Origin: Haliotis cracherodii
Lineage: Eukaryota
DNA length: 64,000 nucleotides
Direction: 5' to 3'
NCBI RefSeq assembly: GCF_022045235.1
Contig: NW_027266319.1
Coordinates: forward strand, 41,540,001-41,604,000
Shown: piece after piece, positions 39,401-53,507 of the stretch
Layout of the letters: each line of letters starts with the position of its first letter
Numbering within the stretch: the stretch's first letter is position 1
The notes under the pieces: model-generated
The model's input: only the letters and a program-made list of their open reading frames with translations
The model's database searches: none
What the model was told of the DNA's origin: nothing
Made by a program: the position numbers and the translations under genes

Positions 39401-42400
39401 CCAGACCTACGTACCAGACCTACATACCAGACCCACACAAGACCAACATACCAGACCTACAGAACAAGACCTACACACCAGACCTAAACACTAGATCCAC
39501 ATAAGACCAACACGCGCACCAGACATACGCACCTTACCACACACTAGATTCACAAGGTAGTTCCACACACCGGACCGACACACCGACACAACACACCAGA
39601 CCTACACTAAGGACTAACACACCTAACCTACATGCCAGACCAACACACCAGTCCAATACACTAGACCACTACACCAGATCAACACACCAGACCTACTTAC
39701 CAGACCCACACACCAGACCAACACACCAGATCAACACACCAGACATACTCACCAGACCTACTCATCTGACCTACACTCCAGACCAACTCACCAACCCTAC
39801 TCACCAGACCTACTCATCAGACATTCTCACCAGACCTACTCATCTGACCTACACTCCAGACCAACTCACCAGACCTACTCGCAAGACCAACACACCAGAC
39901 CAACACACCAGACCTACTTACCAGACCAACAAACCAGATGAACATATCAGGCCAACACACAAGGCCAACACACCATACCAACACACCTGACTTACACACC
40001 ACACTAATACTCCAGACCAACACACCAGATGAACATACCATACCTACACACATGACCAACAATCAAGACCAACACACAAGACCGTCACAAGAGATATACA
40101 CAACAGACTGACACAACAGACCGACACACCTGGCCTACACACCAGACCTACACACCAGACCAACACACCAGACCTACCCACATGACCAACAACCAAGACC
40201 AACACACAAGACTATCACAAGAGATATACACAACAGACTGACACAACAGACCTACACACCTGGCCTAAGTACCAGACCTACACACCAGACCAACACACCA
40301 GACCTACACACCAGACCTAAACACCAGACCAACACACCAGACCCACACACAGACCTAAACACCAGACCAACACACCAGACCTACTCTCCAGACCTACACA
40401 CCAGACCAACAAAAGAAGACCTACACACCAGACCAACAAGACCTACACACCAGACCAACAAGACCTACACATCAGAACCACGCAACAGGCCAATACAACA
40501 AACCAATACACCAGACCTACACACCAGACTTACACACCAGACTAACACACCAGATCAATACACCACACCACACCACACCATAACACAACACAACACAACA
40601 CAACAAACATAACACATCCATACATCACACCAACACACCACACCAATATATCCACCAACACATCACACGAACACCACACCAACAAATCACACCAGCAGAC
40701 CACGCCCATACACCACGCCCATACACCCGCCCATACATCACCCCAATACATCACACCAACACAACACACCCATACACCACACCAACACACCACACCAACA
40801 CAACACACCCATACACCACCCCAACACACCACACCCATACACCACAGCCATACACCACACCAACACATCACACCAACAAAACACACCCATACACCACCCC
40901 AACACAACACACCCATACACCACAGCCATACACGACACCAACACAACACACCCATACACCACCCCAACACAACACACCCATACACCACAGCCATACACCA
41001 CCCCAACACACCACACCCATACACCACCCCAACACATCACACCAGCACAACACATCCATACACCACACCAACACATCACACCAACACAACACACCCATAC
41101 ACCACACCCATACACCACACTAACACACCACACCAACACACCAGACCCATACACCACCCCAACACATCACACAAGCACAACACATCCATACACCACACCA
41201 ACACACCACACCCATACACCACACCAACACACCACACCAACACACCACCCCAACACCACACCCTTACACCACACCAACACAACACACCACACCCATACAC
41301 CACACACCACACCAACACACCACACCCATACACCCGCCCATACACCCGCCCATACATCACCCCAACACACAGACCTACACACCAGACAAACACACCAGAC
41401 CTACGCACCAGACCTACATATAAGACCCACATAAGACCAACACAACAGACATACAGAACCAGACCTACACACCAGACCTCAACACAAGACCAACACACCA
41501 GACCAACGCACCAGACCAACACACCGGATCAACATACCAGGCAAACACACAAGACCAACACACTATACCAACACACCTGACCTACACACCACACTAACAC
41601 TCCAGACCAACACACCAGATGAACATTCCAGGCCTACACACAAGACCAACAATCCAGTCCAACAAACAGGACCATCACAAGACAAATACACACCAGACTG
41701 ACACACCAGACCTACACACCTGGCCTTCACACCAGACCAACACACCAGATGAACATACCATACCTACACACATGACCAACAATCAAAACCAACACACAAG
41801 ACCATCACAAGAGATATACACAACAGACTGACACAACAGACCGACACACCTGGCCTACACACCACACCTACACACCAGACTGACACACTAGACCAACACC
41901 CCAGGCCAGCACATGTTTACCAGACCATAACTACAGACCCACACACCAGACCTACGCGCCTGATCAACACACCAGACCTACACTAAAGACTAACACACCT
42001 AACCTACACGCCAGACCAACACACCAGTCCAATACACCAGATCAACACACTTTACCAACACACCAGGTCAACACTCCAGACCTACACACCAGGTCCAAAC
42101 ATCAGACTTAAACACCAGCCCTACACACCAGACAAACAAACAAGAGCACCACTCCAGATCATCGCAAACAAACAACACACCACACCAACACAACACACCT
42201 ATACACCACAGCCATACACCACACCAACACATCACACCAACAAAACACACCCATACACCACCCCAACACAACACACCCATACACCACAGCCATACACGAC
42301 ACCAACACAACACACCCATACACCACCCCAACACAACACACCCATACACCACAGCCATACACCACCCCAACACACCACACCCATACACCACCCCAACACA

Positions 42401-43040
42401 TCACACCAGCACAACACATCCATACACCACACCAACACATCACACCAACACAACACACCCATACACCACACCCATACACCACACTAACACACCACACCAA
42501 CACACCAGACCCATACACCACCCCAACACATCACACAAGCACAACACATCCATACACCACTCCAACACACCACACCCATACACTACACCAACACACCACA
42601 CCAACACACCACACCAACACCACACCCTTACACCACAACAACACAACACACCACACCCATACACCACACACCACACCAACACACACCACCAATACACCCG
42701 CCCATACACCCGCCCATACATCACCCCAACACATCACACCAACACAACACACCCATACACCACACCAACACATCACACCAACACACCACACCCATACACC
42801 ACATCATCACACCACATCATCACACCACACCATCACACCACATCATCACACCACATCATCACACCACACCATCACACCACATCATCACACCACATCATCA
42901 CACCACATCATCACACCACACCATCACACCACATCATCACACCACATCATCACACCACATCATCACACCACACCATCACACCACATCATCACACCACATC
43001 ATCACACCACATCATCACACCACACCATCACACCACACCT
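36480..43040. repeat. C/A-rich low-complexity satellite field (CCAGACCTACACA, CACCACACC, CATCACACCA variants)
   Basis: About 6.5 kb of strand-skewed short repeats, with internal block duplications (e.g. ~40790-41350 vs ~42170-42730). Confidence 0.95.
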
Positions 43041-43659
43041 ACAACGCACCCGACTTCCTCACCACACCAACGCATGATCCATTGAGATTTATACTGAGCC
43101 AAAGGACATGTTGATATTTCTTTTTCATTCAACGCATGATGATGAATATTGTAATTAAACTTCCCTGACCAACACAACATACCTACATACCAAAATCATA
43201 AGCATGTGTTTGCAAATCACTATCAATAAGTGAAACCCGGTACATGATGCAGTTCGTATCCGGAATCTGAAACACGTTTAATAGGCATGTGTGACTCAGA
43301 GACTGGAAACGCGGAAACTGTACTGCATACAAAATGTAACAGGCAGTGAAATAAACTCACTGACATGTCCAAATGTCTTCTTATGTATACATAAATAGGG
43401 TATTAATATTGCCAAGTACAGAGCAATATGAAAAACCGCAACATGTTTCAAACAGCTGTATTTAAATATCACTGAATTCGTGTATATGTATATGTTGACT
43501 GGAAGTGCATTCCGTTATATGAACTGTGAATAGCTTTTAGCTAGATTACACCTTCAACTCTGGTGTTGAAGTAACCACAGGAATCTGATACCGGTAGATA
43601 CGTAACCAAGAACAAAACATCTATGTGCGTCCTGTCCATGTTGGCTACTTGTGTGGTCA

Positions 43660-45685
43660 TTCACTGACCACCCATAGAGGCCAGTGTGAGATATACGGTT
43701 CAATGTATGTATTGTAAGATAAATACTGACCACCCAGTCTGCTTCATACAGATCAGTGTGAGATATTTGGTTCAGTGTCTACATTGTGACATATATCATT
43801 CACTGACCACTCATTTAGCTTCGGAGAGGCCAGTCTGAGTTATACGGTTCAATGTATGTATTGTAAGATAAATACTGACCACCCAGTCTGCTTCAGACAG
43901 ATCAGTGTGAGATATGCGGTTCAATGTCCACATTGTGCGATATACCATTCATTCACTACAATAAATGTTATATGATGTATGGTTCACTGTCTACATTGTA
44001 AAATCTATACTCCACTGACAACATTGTAAGATATATGGTTCACTGTCTACTTTGTAAGATCTATACTCCACTGACAACATTGTAAGATATATGCTCCACT
44101 GCCAACAGTGTTAGATATATGACCCATTGCCAACAGTGTTAGATATATGACCCATTACCAACATTGTAAAATACATGGTGCCCTGACAACAGTGTAAGAT
44201 ATATGCTCCACTGACAACATTGTAAGATATATGCTCCACTGACAACAGTGTATGACCCATTGCCAACCCATATGTGTAAGACATATCGTCCACTCTCAAC
44301 AGTGTAAGATATATGGCCCACTCTCTACAGTGTAAGATATATGCTCCACTCTCTATAGTGTAAGATATATGCTCCTCTCTCTACAGTGTAAGATATATGC
44401 TCAACTCTCTACAGTGTAAGATATATGGCCCACTCTCTACAGTGTAAGATATATGCTCCACTCTCTATAGTGTAAGATATATGCTCCTCTCTCTACAGTG
44501 TAAGATATATGCTCAACTGTCTACAGTGTAAGATATATGGTCCGCTCTCTACAGTGTAAGATATGTGCCTCTCTCTACAGTGCAAGATATATGCCTCTCT
44601 CTACAGTGTAAGATATATGGTCCACTCTCTACAGTGTAAGATATATGCTCCACCCTCTACAGTGTAAGATATATGCTCGACCCTTTACAGTGTAAGATAT
44701 ATTGTCCACTCTCTACAGTGTAAGATATATGGTCCACTCTCTACAGTGTAAGATATATGCTCCACTCTCTACAATGTAAGATATATGCTCCACCCTCTAC
44801 AGTGTAATATATATGCTCCACCCTCTACAGCGTTAGATATGTGCCGCTCTCTACAGTGCAAGTTAATGCTCCACTCTCTACAGTGTAAGATATATGGTCC
44901 ACTCTCTACAGTGTAAGATATATGGTCCACTCTCTACAGTGTAAGATATATGCTCCACTCTCTACAGTGTAAGATATATGCTCCACCCTCTACAGTGTAA
45001 GATATATGCTCCACCCTCTACAGCGTTAGATATGGTCCTCTCTCTACAGTGCAAGTTAATGCTCCACTCTCTACAGTGTAAGATATATGCTCCACTCTCT
45101 ACAGTGTAAGATATATAGTCCACTCTCTACAGTGTAAGATATGTGCGTCTCTATACAGTGTAAGATATATGGTCCACTCTCTACAGTGTAAAATATATGG
45201 TCCACTCTCTACAATGTAAGATATATGGTCCACTCTCTTGAGTGTAAGATATATGGTCCACTCTCTACAGTGTAAGATAGATGTTCCACTCCCTGCAGTG
45301 TAAGATATATGCTCCACTCTCTACAGTGTAAGATATATGCTCCACTCTCTACAGTGTAAGATATATTGTCCACTCTCTACAGTGTAAGATGTATGGTCCA
45401 CTCTCTACAATGTTAGATAGATGCTCCACACTCTCTACAGTGTAAGATATATGGTCCACTCTCTACAGTGTAAGATATATGTAACACTCTCTACAGTGTA
45501 AGATATATGCTCCACTCTCTACAGTGTAAGATATATAGTCCACTCTCTTGAGTGTAAGATATATGGCCAGCTCTCTGCAGTGTAAGATAGATGATCCACT
45601 CTCTACAGTGTAAGATATATGCTCCACCCTCTACAGTGTAAGATATATGGCCCACTCTCTACAGTGTTATATATATAGTCCACTG
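43660..45685. repeat. ~28-bp minisatellite (CCACTCTCTACAGTGTAAGATATATGCT)n
   Basis: Tandem repeats, diverged at the left and homogeneous at the right. They end 14 bp before an exon. Confidence 0.92.
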
Positions 45686-45699
45686 CATTTGTTCCCTAG

Positions 45700-45769
45700 G
45701 TTGCTGCCTGTTCGTGTTTCTGTCTGGAGCATCCGGCGCAATGAAAGTCGGCACAGACATAGCGGAAAG
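45700..45769 (+). CDS. Orphan receptor, exon 2 (GCCLFVFLSGASGAMKVGTDIAER)
   Basis: Splice sites ttccctag|...|gtaata. Phase 1-2. It encodes the second half of the signal peptide. Confidence 0.65.
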
Positions 45770-45973
45770 GTAATAATTATTTTTTCACTTCTTTAAAGTC
45801 ATCGTAGCTATCTGAAAAACTACTAAACCCGTTCAATATATATATGTAAAAGTGCTGTCTCATACTACCCGCTGTTGACTGCCGTTTCTATGTTGCTTTG
45901 TATGTTCATGTGGTTGAATTTACATCCTTTTCCAAAACGTGAGCCATTTCACATGTATGTGTTTCCTCCCAAG

Positions 45974-46135
45974 GGCTGAGGAGATGTATGACGAGAAGCC
46001 GTCAAGAGGTCCGACTGGTGACCAAACCATGAGGTTTGTCAATGAACTGACAATGTGTCTGCGGGAGGTATTCACATCACCAGTGCCCCAGCTGCAGGTG
46101 ACTGCTCGACCACCGACCACTGACGTCCCAACCAC
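45974..46135 (+). CDS. Orphan receptor, exon 3
   Basis: Splice sites ctcccaag|...|gtaagt. Phase 2-2. It encodes AEEMYDEKP...TARPPTTDVPTT. Confidence 0.72.
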
Positions 46136-46794
46136 GTAAGTACATGCAAAATCTCCCTCATCCTCGACATTTCTCAAAAGTATGTGTATGAACATTGTTT
46201 ATTGTTTACGCCACAACCAGCAGTATTCCAGCTGTATCAAATAACCAATTAACTGACTGTATAACCAATACACACATGCACACACGCACGCACGCACGCA
46301 CGAACGCACGCACCCAGGCATACAAACGCCAACAACCACGCCGTCGAGGTTCGATGACACTCAATACACCAAAGTAAGTCACAGAGGCTGACCACCGGAT
46401 TCACTTAGTCGACTCTTGCGTCATCCACGGGTTACTGAGGGTCTATTTTAATCCAAAATACACACGGGTCTGTTCCTATACAGCCTGAAGACAACATCTA
46501 GCCCGTGGCATGATCCCCTTCCCAACCCCTTTATACCTTCAGGTATGATGGTGTTACTATCAAGTCACATGTATAATACATGCTTCTCTGAACACACTTT
46601 GTTCCCGATGTTACTCACATATACCCACATAAACAGAGAGATCGAGAGAGAGAAAAGGTGAGACACAGAGAGACAGATATAGAGAGAAAGAAAAAGAGAG
46701 GGTGCAACGTTTTACGTCGCAATAGTCTGCCACCATGGCACCATGTTAATAATCGAACTAGGTCAGGCAAACCGGCTATATAATTATCATCTCC

Positions 46795-47157
46795 ATGTAA
46801 CTAGGTAATTATCCCCACAGGACGAGCAGGATTGACATCATGTAACTAGGTAATCATCCCCGCGGGACGAGCAGGAATGACACGATGTAACTAGGTAATC
46901 CTACTCACAGGACGAGCAGGAATGACACCATGTAACTAGGTAATCATCCCCACGGGACGAGCAGGAGTGACACCATGTAACTTGGTAATCACCCCCAAAG
47001 GACGAGCAGGAATGACACCATGTAGCTAGGTAACCATCCCCAAAGGACGAGCAGGATTGACACCATGGAACTAGGTAATCGTCCCCACAGGACGAGCTGG
47101 ATTGACACCATGTAACTAGGTAATCGTCCCCAAAGGACGAGCAGGTTTGACACCATG
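46795..47157. repeat. 45-bp minisatellite, ~8 copies
   Basis: Unit: CATGTAACTAGGTAATCATCCCCACAGGACGAGCAGGATTGACAC. Confidence 0.9.
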
Positions 47158-47218
47158 ATACATGCATCAACTTGCCATTTGTTATATAGACCCCATCAAA
47201 GTTTATATATATGTTAGA

Positions 47219-47384
47219 NNNNNNNNNNNNNNNNNNNNNNNNNNNNNNNNNNNNNNNNNNNNNNNNNNNNNNNNNNNNNNNNNNNNNNNNNNNNNNNNNN
47301 NNNNNNNNNNNNNNNNNNNNNNNNNNNNNNNNNNNNNNNNNNNNNNNNNNNNNNNNNNNNNNNNNNNNNNNNNNNNNNNNNNNN
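47219..47384. other. Assembly gap (166 N)
   Basis: Run of N. Confidence 1.
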
Positions 47385-47705
47385 TCTCTTTCTCTCACTC
47401 TCGTGGTTATAGTTTTCTCACGACTGATAGCATGTGATTGTGCTGTATCATTGCAACAACAATAGCTCTACTATTGTGCTATGACTAGGTTGTGTGTCGT
47501 GTTCCTTCCGTACTTCCGACCTTGTGGGAAAGGTTGTTCTGGCCATCACAGCAGGTCGTATAGGCAGCTTCATCACGTCCACATCATTCACCAATGTACA
47601 CTGTATACATTAACACATCTGGTATCATAACTGTCTTTCATGTTGTGTCAGCAAGGAAGTGTGTGGCAGATTTTACAATACTTCTGTTACCTTGTCAGTG
47701 ACATG

Positions 47706-47945
47706 CACACGTGAAGATCCGGGGTAGAATTGGTCTTCAGCAACTCAAGCTTGCCACAAAAGGTGACTATGCTTGTCGTAAGAGGAGACTCACGGGATCG
47801 GGTGGTCTGGCTCGCAGACTTGATTGATGCATGTCATCGTATCCCAATTGCGTGGATCGATGAAGTTGATGTCAATCACTGGATTGTCTGGTTCAGACTC
47901 GATTATTTACAGACAGCCGTCATACTCCTGGAAAACTGCAGTGTA
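47706..47945 (+). mobile_element. Family A SINE
   Basis: Matches 911-1166. Confidence 0.8.
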
Positions 47946-48455
47946 ATCCCGCAGTTTTTTTTGTATAAGCCACGTAAACAGACCCACTTGTTCACATAGT
48001 GTCAGCAAGCCTCTGCGGTTCGAACTACACTCATTAAACAAACCGGTAAGAAACAAGAGTACAATTCCGAGGAATGATATCTTTTTAAGGTTCATCGTCA
48101 GCAAAAAACAGAAGATAAGCTATGCTCGTTAGGAAAGATTCATGCGTCACGGTAACATGATGATGTATGAGAAACTAGAAGTTATTGGCAATTATTCGTG
48201 GTTTAGTTTTCCAAAGCTAAAACCTGAAATCTGACCTTATTTAAGAAACGTTCAACGGTAGGAACGTTTGCAGTTAATCATTATGTATATTTGACTGCAT
48301 CAATGAACAAGAGTTTGGATATTGTATTGCATTGCCTCTTGTGCAGCATTTGAACATACAGTAAACTACGTTTATAATGAACACGCATATTACGAACTGA
48401 AATTGGAAATTAGCATCGTGTATTAAACAATGTCGTGTTTCTTCCACTAGAATAA

Positions 48456-48613
48456 TGGACGGTCGGGTAGCCTAGAGGTTAAAGCGTTCGCTCGTCACAC
48501 AGAAGACCCGGGTTCCATTCCCGACATGGGTACAATATGTGAAGCCCATTTGTGGTGTCCCCCGCCGTGATATTGCTGGAATATTGCTAAAAGTGGAGTA
48601 AAACCTCACTAAC
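48456..48613 (+). mobile_element. tRNA-derived SINE (family C)
   Basis: A-box-like TAGCCTAGAGG, B-box-like GGTTCCATTCC, and a 13-bp TSD TCCACTAGAATAA at 48443-48455 and 48614-48626. Confidence 0.85.
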
Positions 48614-48726
48614 TCCACTAGAATAAAATACACGTAGCATCTTCGAATGTAGTGATGACGTAGTTTAAGAACTTCTTACACGTAATATGTTCCTCACTTC
48701 ACCCAACATGTGTGTTCAATCCACAG

Positions 48727-48831
48727 AACCCCGGCACGATGTGTTTACGGCGACCGGAGTGGAAACGTTATCATTCAAACAGCGGCACAGCGACAACGAC
48801 GATCTCAACAGCTTAAGAAAGAAATTAAAAA
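48727..48831 (+). CDS. Orphan receptor, exon 4 (furin-type site RQRR)
   Basis: Splice sites ccacag|...|gtaggt. Phase 2-2. It encodes TPARCVYGDRSGNVIIQTAAQRQRRSQQLKKEIK. Confidence 0.68.
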
Positions 48832-49156
48832 GTAGGTTTCTACCTTACATGTTACATTAAAACGAAGTGAACGATTTGACAATTTCCGTGAATTGCATCG
48901 TTTTACAAAACATATTTTGTAGGTATTGTACCTGTCCGAATAGTAACTTCAGGCATCCAGTCAGGAGATTTCAGCGTGATATATATTTTAAGAACCAGTT
49001 TATTTTGGGAGAAATATTTTCATATTAGCATATTCTAGATCATCCACTGGATTAGAATTGAAAATAAAAATTATTAAAAAATATTTTATCATATAAAAAT
49101 TTAATACAATTTGTAATATTATTCATAGAAACATTATAAACCCCCTGCTATTTCAG

Positions 49157-49311
49157 ATTTCATAACTGTATCTGTCGTACTTCGCTTGTGGACCACCCTC
49201 ATCATTGCGACTTCAACATGCTAGAAACAGACTACAATCGGACTGTCCTAGAGAGTTGTCTTGGCAACAACAACATCTCAGAGAAGGCCACACTCACCTA
49301 CAGATCGAAAG
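49157..49311 (+). CDS. Orphan receptor, exon 5 (Cys-containing, N-glycosylation sequons)
   Basis: Splice sites tttcag|...|gtacac. Phase 2-1. It encodes FHNCICRTSLVDHPHHCDFNMLETDYNRTVLESCLGNNNISEKATLTYRSK. Confidence 0.72.
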
Positions 49312-49655
49312 GTACACTACTGTAGTCATACCAAATATATTCATACAACAGTGGACGGAGGAGTAGACTGGGTTAAGGTGATCGGGACACAAAGTGATGC
49401 ATGTCTTCGAAACCCACAACCACGAGTATGGTGCTTACAATCAGGGGAATCTGGGATTCGATCCCCCGATCATATGAAAGGCATAAGGGACGCAATTCTA
49501 CGCAGCGACTTGCGCGGCCTTTGACATCGCCACCCGTGCACCCGCACTGATTCTAGTACACTGTTTTATATTAAGTACAATAATCGTTTCTGAATCTATC
49601 AAACACCGACTGGTATAGTCGATGTTTCAACTGGATTATTGTTCATCTGTTTCAG

Positions 49656-49734
49656 AGTTTCACTGTCACTTGAGAAATAATTTCACTGTCAGATGCTATC
49701 CTAAACAGAGTTCGTTGGAAGCTAGAGACACCAA
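49656..49734 (+). CDS. Orphan receptor, exon 6
   Basis: Splice sites tttcag|...|gtacgt. Phase 1-2. It encodes EFHCHLRNNFTVRCYPKQSSLEARDTK. Confidence 0.7.
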
Positions 49735-49825
49735 GTACGTATGTGCAAACACTTTAATAATTATCTACATATCTATTGCTTTTATTACCAGTCCTACATC
49801 TTACTTGCTCCACTTTAATCACTGA

Positions 49826-50700
49826 GACCCGTGAAGATCCGGGGTAGAATAGGTCTTCAGCAACCCATACTTGCCGTAAATGGTAACTATGCTTGTCGTA
49901 AGAGGCGACTAACAGGATTGGTTGGTCAGGCTCGCTGACCTGATCGATGTATGTCATCGAAACCTAACTGCGTGGATCGATGCCCATGATGTCAATCACT
50001 GGATTGTCTGGTCCAGACTCGATTATTTACAATCTCATTAAAATCAGATCTTACTTCTCGTAATCGCTAAACAAAGGTCTGAGGACATCCCATTACGGGT
50101 CACGTCAGAACGACCTTTCATCCGACCAATCAAAGCGTCGCTTACCAGATCATGAAAGTGACAGTCGGAATGTGTTTTCCGAACATGCAACCTCGAAAGC
50201 GTTAACACGGGGTATCCCGAACGACAGTTACGGCCCGTACGACTGATTCCGTCAAGTGTCTCTCGCTTCCGTGGGATAAAAAGATTTGAACGGAGGAGGC
50301 GTTGCACAGGACGTGGGAAGCACTGCCATACAATCGTAACCATATATTAGACATTCTGGAATGTTCGTTTGTTCAGTTTTCAAAATTTTAATCGAGAACT
50401 GTGTCAACATATTTTTCAAGTGTAGCCTGAAATGGAAGTCGCCAGGTTGAAACGAGTGCCGTAAAGCTCGAGAAAGCTGCTTTCTCATTGGCTGATATCG
50501 GCTTCTTGTTATTCGTTTCAGTGGTCGGTCAAAATTCGCGAAAGGTCGTTCTGACGTGTCCCGTAAGGGGATCTCCTCAGATCTTTGTTTAGCGATAGCG
50601 AAACTAAGATCTGATTTTAATGAGATTGGATTATTTACAGACCGCCGTCATACTGTTCGAATATTGCTGAGTGCGGCGTTAAACAAACAAACAAACAACA
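49826..50700 (+). mobile_element. Family A SINE split by a MITE
   Basis: 49826-50029 and 50629-50700 join into a full copy with an (AAAC)n tail. Confidence 0.85.
50030..50628. mobile_element. Non-autonomous DNA transposon (Mutator-like MITE), 599 bp
   Basis: About 100-bp imperfect TIRs beginning CAATCTCATTAAAATCAGATCTTA. 9-bp TSD GATTATTTA at 50021-50029 and 50629-50637. Confidence 0.88.
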
Positions 50701-50734
50701 CACACTGACGTCCTAAACCAAACTATTATTTCAG

Positions 50735-50784
50735 ATTCCTGTCAATATTGGTGTGTTTATCAAGTGCTCTAAACAGTATTGAAT
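50735..50784 (+). CDS. Orphan receptor, exon 7
   Basis: Splice sites tttcag|...|gtaagt. Phase 2-1. It encodes FLSILVCLSSALNSIEC. Confidence 0.68.
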
Positions 50785-50993
50785 GTAAGTATATTAGTCG
50801 AAAAGTAATAGTCTGCTACCAATGCCCACATAAAATTAATATACCATATCTTGGGCCTGGTCTTCTTTATGCATCTAAAAAGCGACCGACGTTTATCTAT
50901 ATTCCTATTCAAGGGGTTATATTATAATTACGCGTTGTAAAAATACACATTTGGAGGATGTTAGTGTGTCCACATTGCTCTCCTCTCCTGCAG

Positions 50994-51168
50994 GTGACAT
51001 GTCAGGACGGACAACCAACAGACACAGCGTGACCACCAGCTACCCCGTGGGGATGTCTGATAAGTTCAGATTAGTGTTTCTTGTCATGGTTGTGGTGCTG
51101 GGTCTACTGCTCGGCATATTAGGGACTGTCTGTGGCGTCTTCTGCTGGAGAAGGAGACAGAAGAGAAG
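50994..51168 (+). CDS. Orphan receptor, exon 8 (transmembrane)
   Basis: Splice sites cctgcag|...|gtactg. It encodes LVFLVMVVVLGLLLGILGTVCGVFCW followed by RRRQKR. Phase 1-2. Confidence 0.82.
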
Positions 51169-51850
51169 GTACTGGTCAGATTCACCCCTTGATTACTTAT
51201 ATAATTAGAGCAGCTTCCTAATCCTCCTCCAGGTTTTATCCTACATACATATACTACAATAAGGCGGATTCTCCTTCAGCGTCATTGAATGTCTGCGTGC
51301 GTTCGTTCGTTCATGCGTGCGTAAACTCCATCACACACCCTTATTGTGTTCCTTACTTGGTCTGTCAGAACCATATACCGTCCTCACAGAGTTACCCAAA
51401 GGGTAAATGTTCAGGACCTGTGTCACTTTGGATGTTTCACATACAGCTGAACTAAGAGACTAAATGAACTAAGTCTCACCCATGTGGATGGCCCAAGTAA
51501 GCAGCCATTTTTGACCGTCTCTGCCACGGAACCCTGCAATCGAACAGCCAGCTGCGGGAGGGGGGAGGGGGTATGGGAATTTGCTGTAAGGACGGTTCTT
51601 TTGATATTAGATATGTCATATATCTAATCTGGATATAAAATCTCATCCCAGAATATTAAATTGTCACATCACAAAGGATGCAGGGCGAACCACGTTGATA
51701 CTTTGAAATTTTGATTCTGTTTTTATGAGGGCGCGATACATCATTGAGTTATTGAGTTATGCGTCTTGTATACATGTGTTACTGTATGTATCCCTGCATA
51801 TTTATTGAATTAATTCAATAACGAGTTGATGTCTTATTGTCTTATCACAG

Positions 51851-51956
51851 TGTTCCTACTACGTCGATAGTGAAGAGGACGGGCCCGCGTGTTACTCTGA
51901 ACACTTATGAACACAGACCCCAAGACATCGTCATATATGAAGAGCTGCCCGACACA
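51851..51956 (+). CDS. Orphan receptor, exon 9 (ITIM-like VIYEEL)
   Basis: Splice sites atcacag|...|gtgagc. Phase 2-0. Confidence 0.75.
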
Positions 51957-52289
51957 GTGAGCACATACATTCATTTACTGCACGGTTTTTGTGGGGTTTT
52001 TTTTGTTATAATAGGTGTCAGTCTAAAATGCTACTTTTACAAATAGCGTATACAGTATTTGTCAGAACGTTCCAACTTCTAGCAATAATCGAACAAGACA
52101 ACGGGAAACTCCAAGAACAAACTCACACCGTGCATAAATATCACCTTTCGATAACCGAACACCTTATGATTAACTACTGGGTTATCCAGTTCCTCCTTAA
52201 ACCTAGAGAAGACTATTTGAAGGCAAATATGTCAAATAGTATTTCATACTACAGTCAATGTGTAAAATCTGTAAAATGACTTTCCCTTA

Positions 52290-52574
52290 GGCAATTTACA
52301 AAACGCCGAAATATTTCAGTCATCTTACAATTATTTTTCCATTCTTTATATCATAATTATGAATTGCAAAAAATTGCTTCACTTTATTTCATCACCCAGT
52401 GACTAAAAATGATAGGATTAATAGAAAACGAAAGTCAATGTTTATTTTTTACATTTTTGCCTTTAATCCTAGCATAATTAGTATATTGTGGTGTTTTACT
52501 AATAACTTTTAGTAAATCTGAGGGGAAAATATTTGTAAAATATACTGATAAATTTTGGCGTTTTGTACATTGCC
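52290..52574. mobile_element. MITE with ~30-bp TIRs
   Basis: GGCAATTTACAAAACGCCGAAAT ... ATTTTGGCGTTTTGTACATTGCC, flanked by TA. Confidence 0.7.
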
Positions 52575-53075
52575 TAAGTGAAATTTCAGTCATAATACAT
52601 AATGTAGTACCTCATATAACTGTCTAAGATCTGCAAGCAACGTATATTATATCTTCGATATATATGAATATAAGTCATAATGTCTAATGTTGATGGCACA
52701 GTGATATACGCTGATTTTGAAAGAGAAAATATATCATAAATCATTACAACCAATCACAAGTCCTCAGAAGATCACATGATAATGTTAATGTAATTTGTGT
52801 CTATCGCGTCTTACCAAAAGACGTTAAAATGTAGTACTTTATAAAACAAGTCTGCTCGGAGTCAGTATATTGTGTCTGGGCTAGTAAGCCATGTTAAACT
52901 GTATCATTGTATCTCAGTGAACTAGCACAAAACAACAGACATCTGTCTGGACTAGTTCAAAGAGTCACATGCAGACGTGCATGCACGTCACTATATAAGT
53001 AAAACCATCTTGAACCGCATAGCACCTCACCTAGCGTCGCTAAAGGTTTGAATGTAAGTTCGCTCCACAAAGGCA

Positions 53076-53430
53076 TGAGTGAGTATGGTTTTACGCCGCT
53101 TTTAGATGAGGCGAGTTGCATTGGGGTTTAACGCCGCATTCAAGATTATTGCACTATATAGCAACGTGTATAGCGAGGGTAACAACAAGTACCATCTTTT
53201 AACGTCTTATGGTATGACGCGGCCGGGGCTTGAACCTCCGATCTTCCGCCCTCCGTGCGGATGCTCTACCACTAGGCCACGGAGGCGGTCCCGCTTTTAG
53301 CAATACTCCAGCAATATCACGGCGGGGGACACCAGAAATGGGCTCCACGCGTTGTACCCATGTAGATAATCGAACCCGGGCTTTTGGCTTGACAATCGAA
53401 CATTTTAACCACAAGGCGTCACAACCGCCT
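53076..53430 (-). mobile_element. Family C tRNA-SINE interrupted by a second SINE
   Basis: Reverse complement of the 48456-48613 family, split at CCGCTTTTAG. Confidence 0.8.
53106..53290 (-). mobile_element. tRNA-derived SINE nested in another SINE
   Basis: A box TGGCCTAGTGG, B box GGTTCAAGCC, and a perfect 10-bp TSD CCGCTTTTAG at 53096-53105 and 53291-53300. Confidence 0.85.
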
Positions 53431-53507
53431 CCGCAAAGGCAGGTTAGGAAACCAATCTCTATCCAATGATCGTGAGTATCTCAAATGGTATGCCGGTATT
53501 GTTTCAG

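Noticed and set aside
37062-42791. Many Cys/Val/Gly/Trp- or His/Thr-rich ORFs
   Set aside because: They are artefacts of C/A-rich low-complexity DNA.
48456-48535. tRNA genes here and at 53215-53290 and ~54775-54850
   Set aside because: The first two are tRNA-like heads continuing into SINE bodies with TSDs. The third is degenerate.
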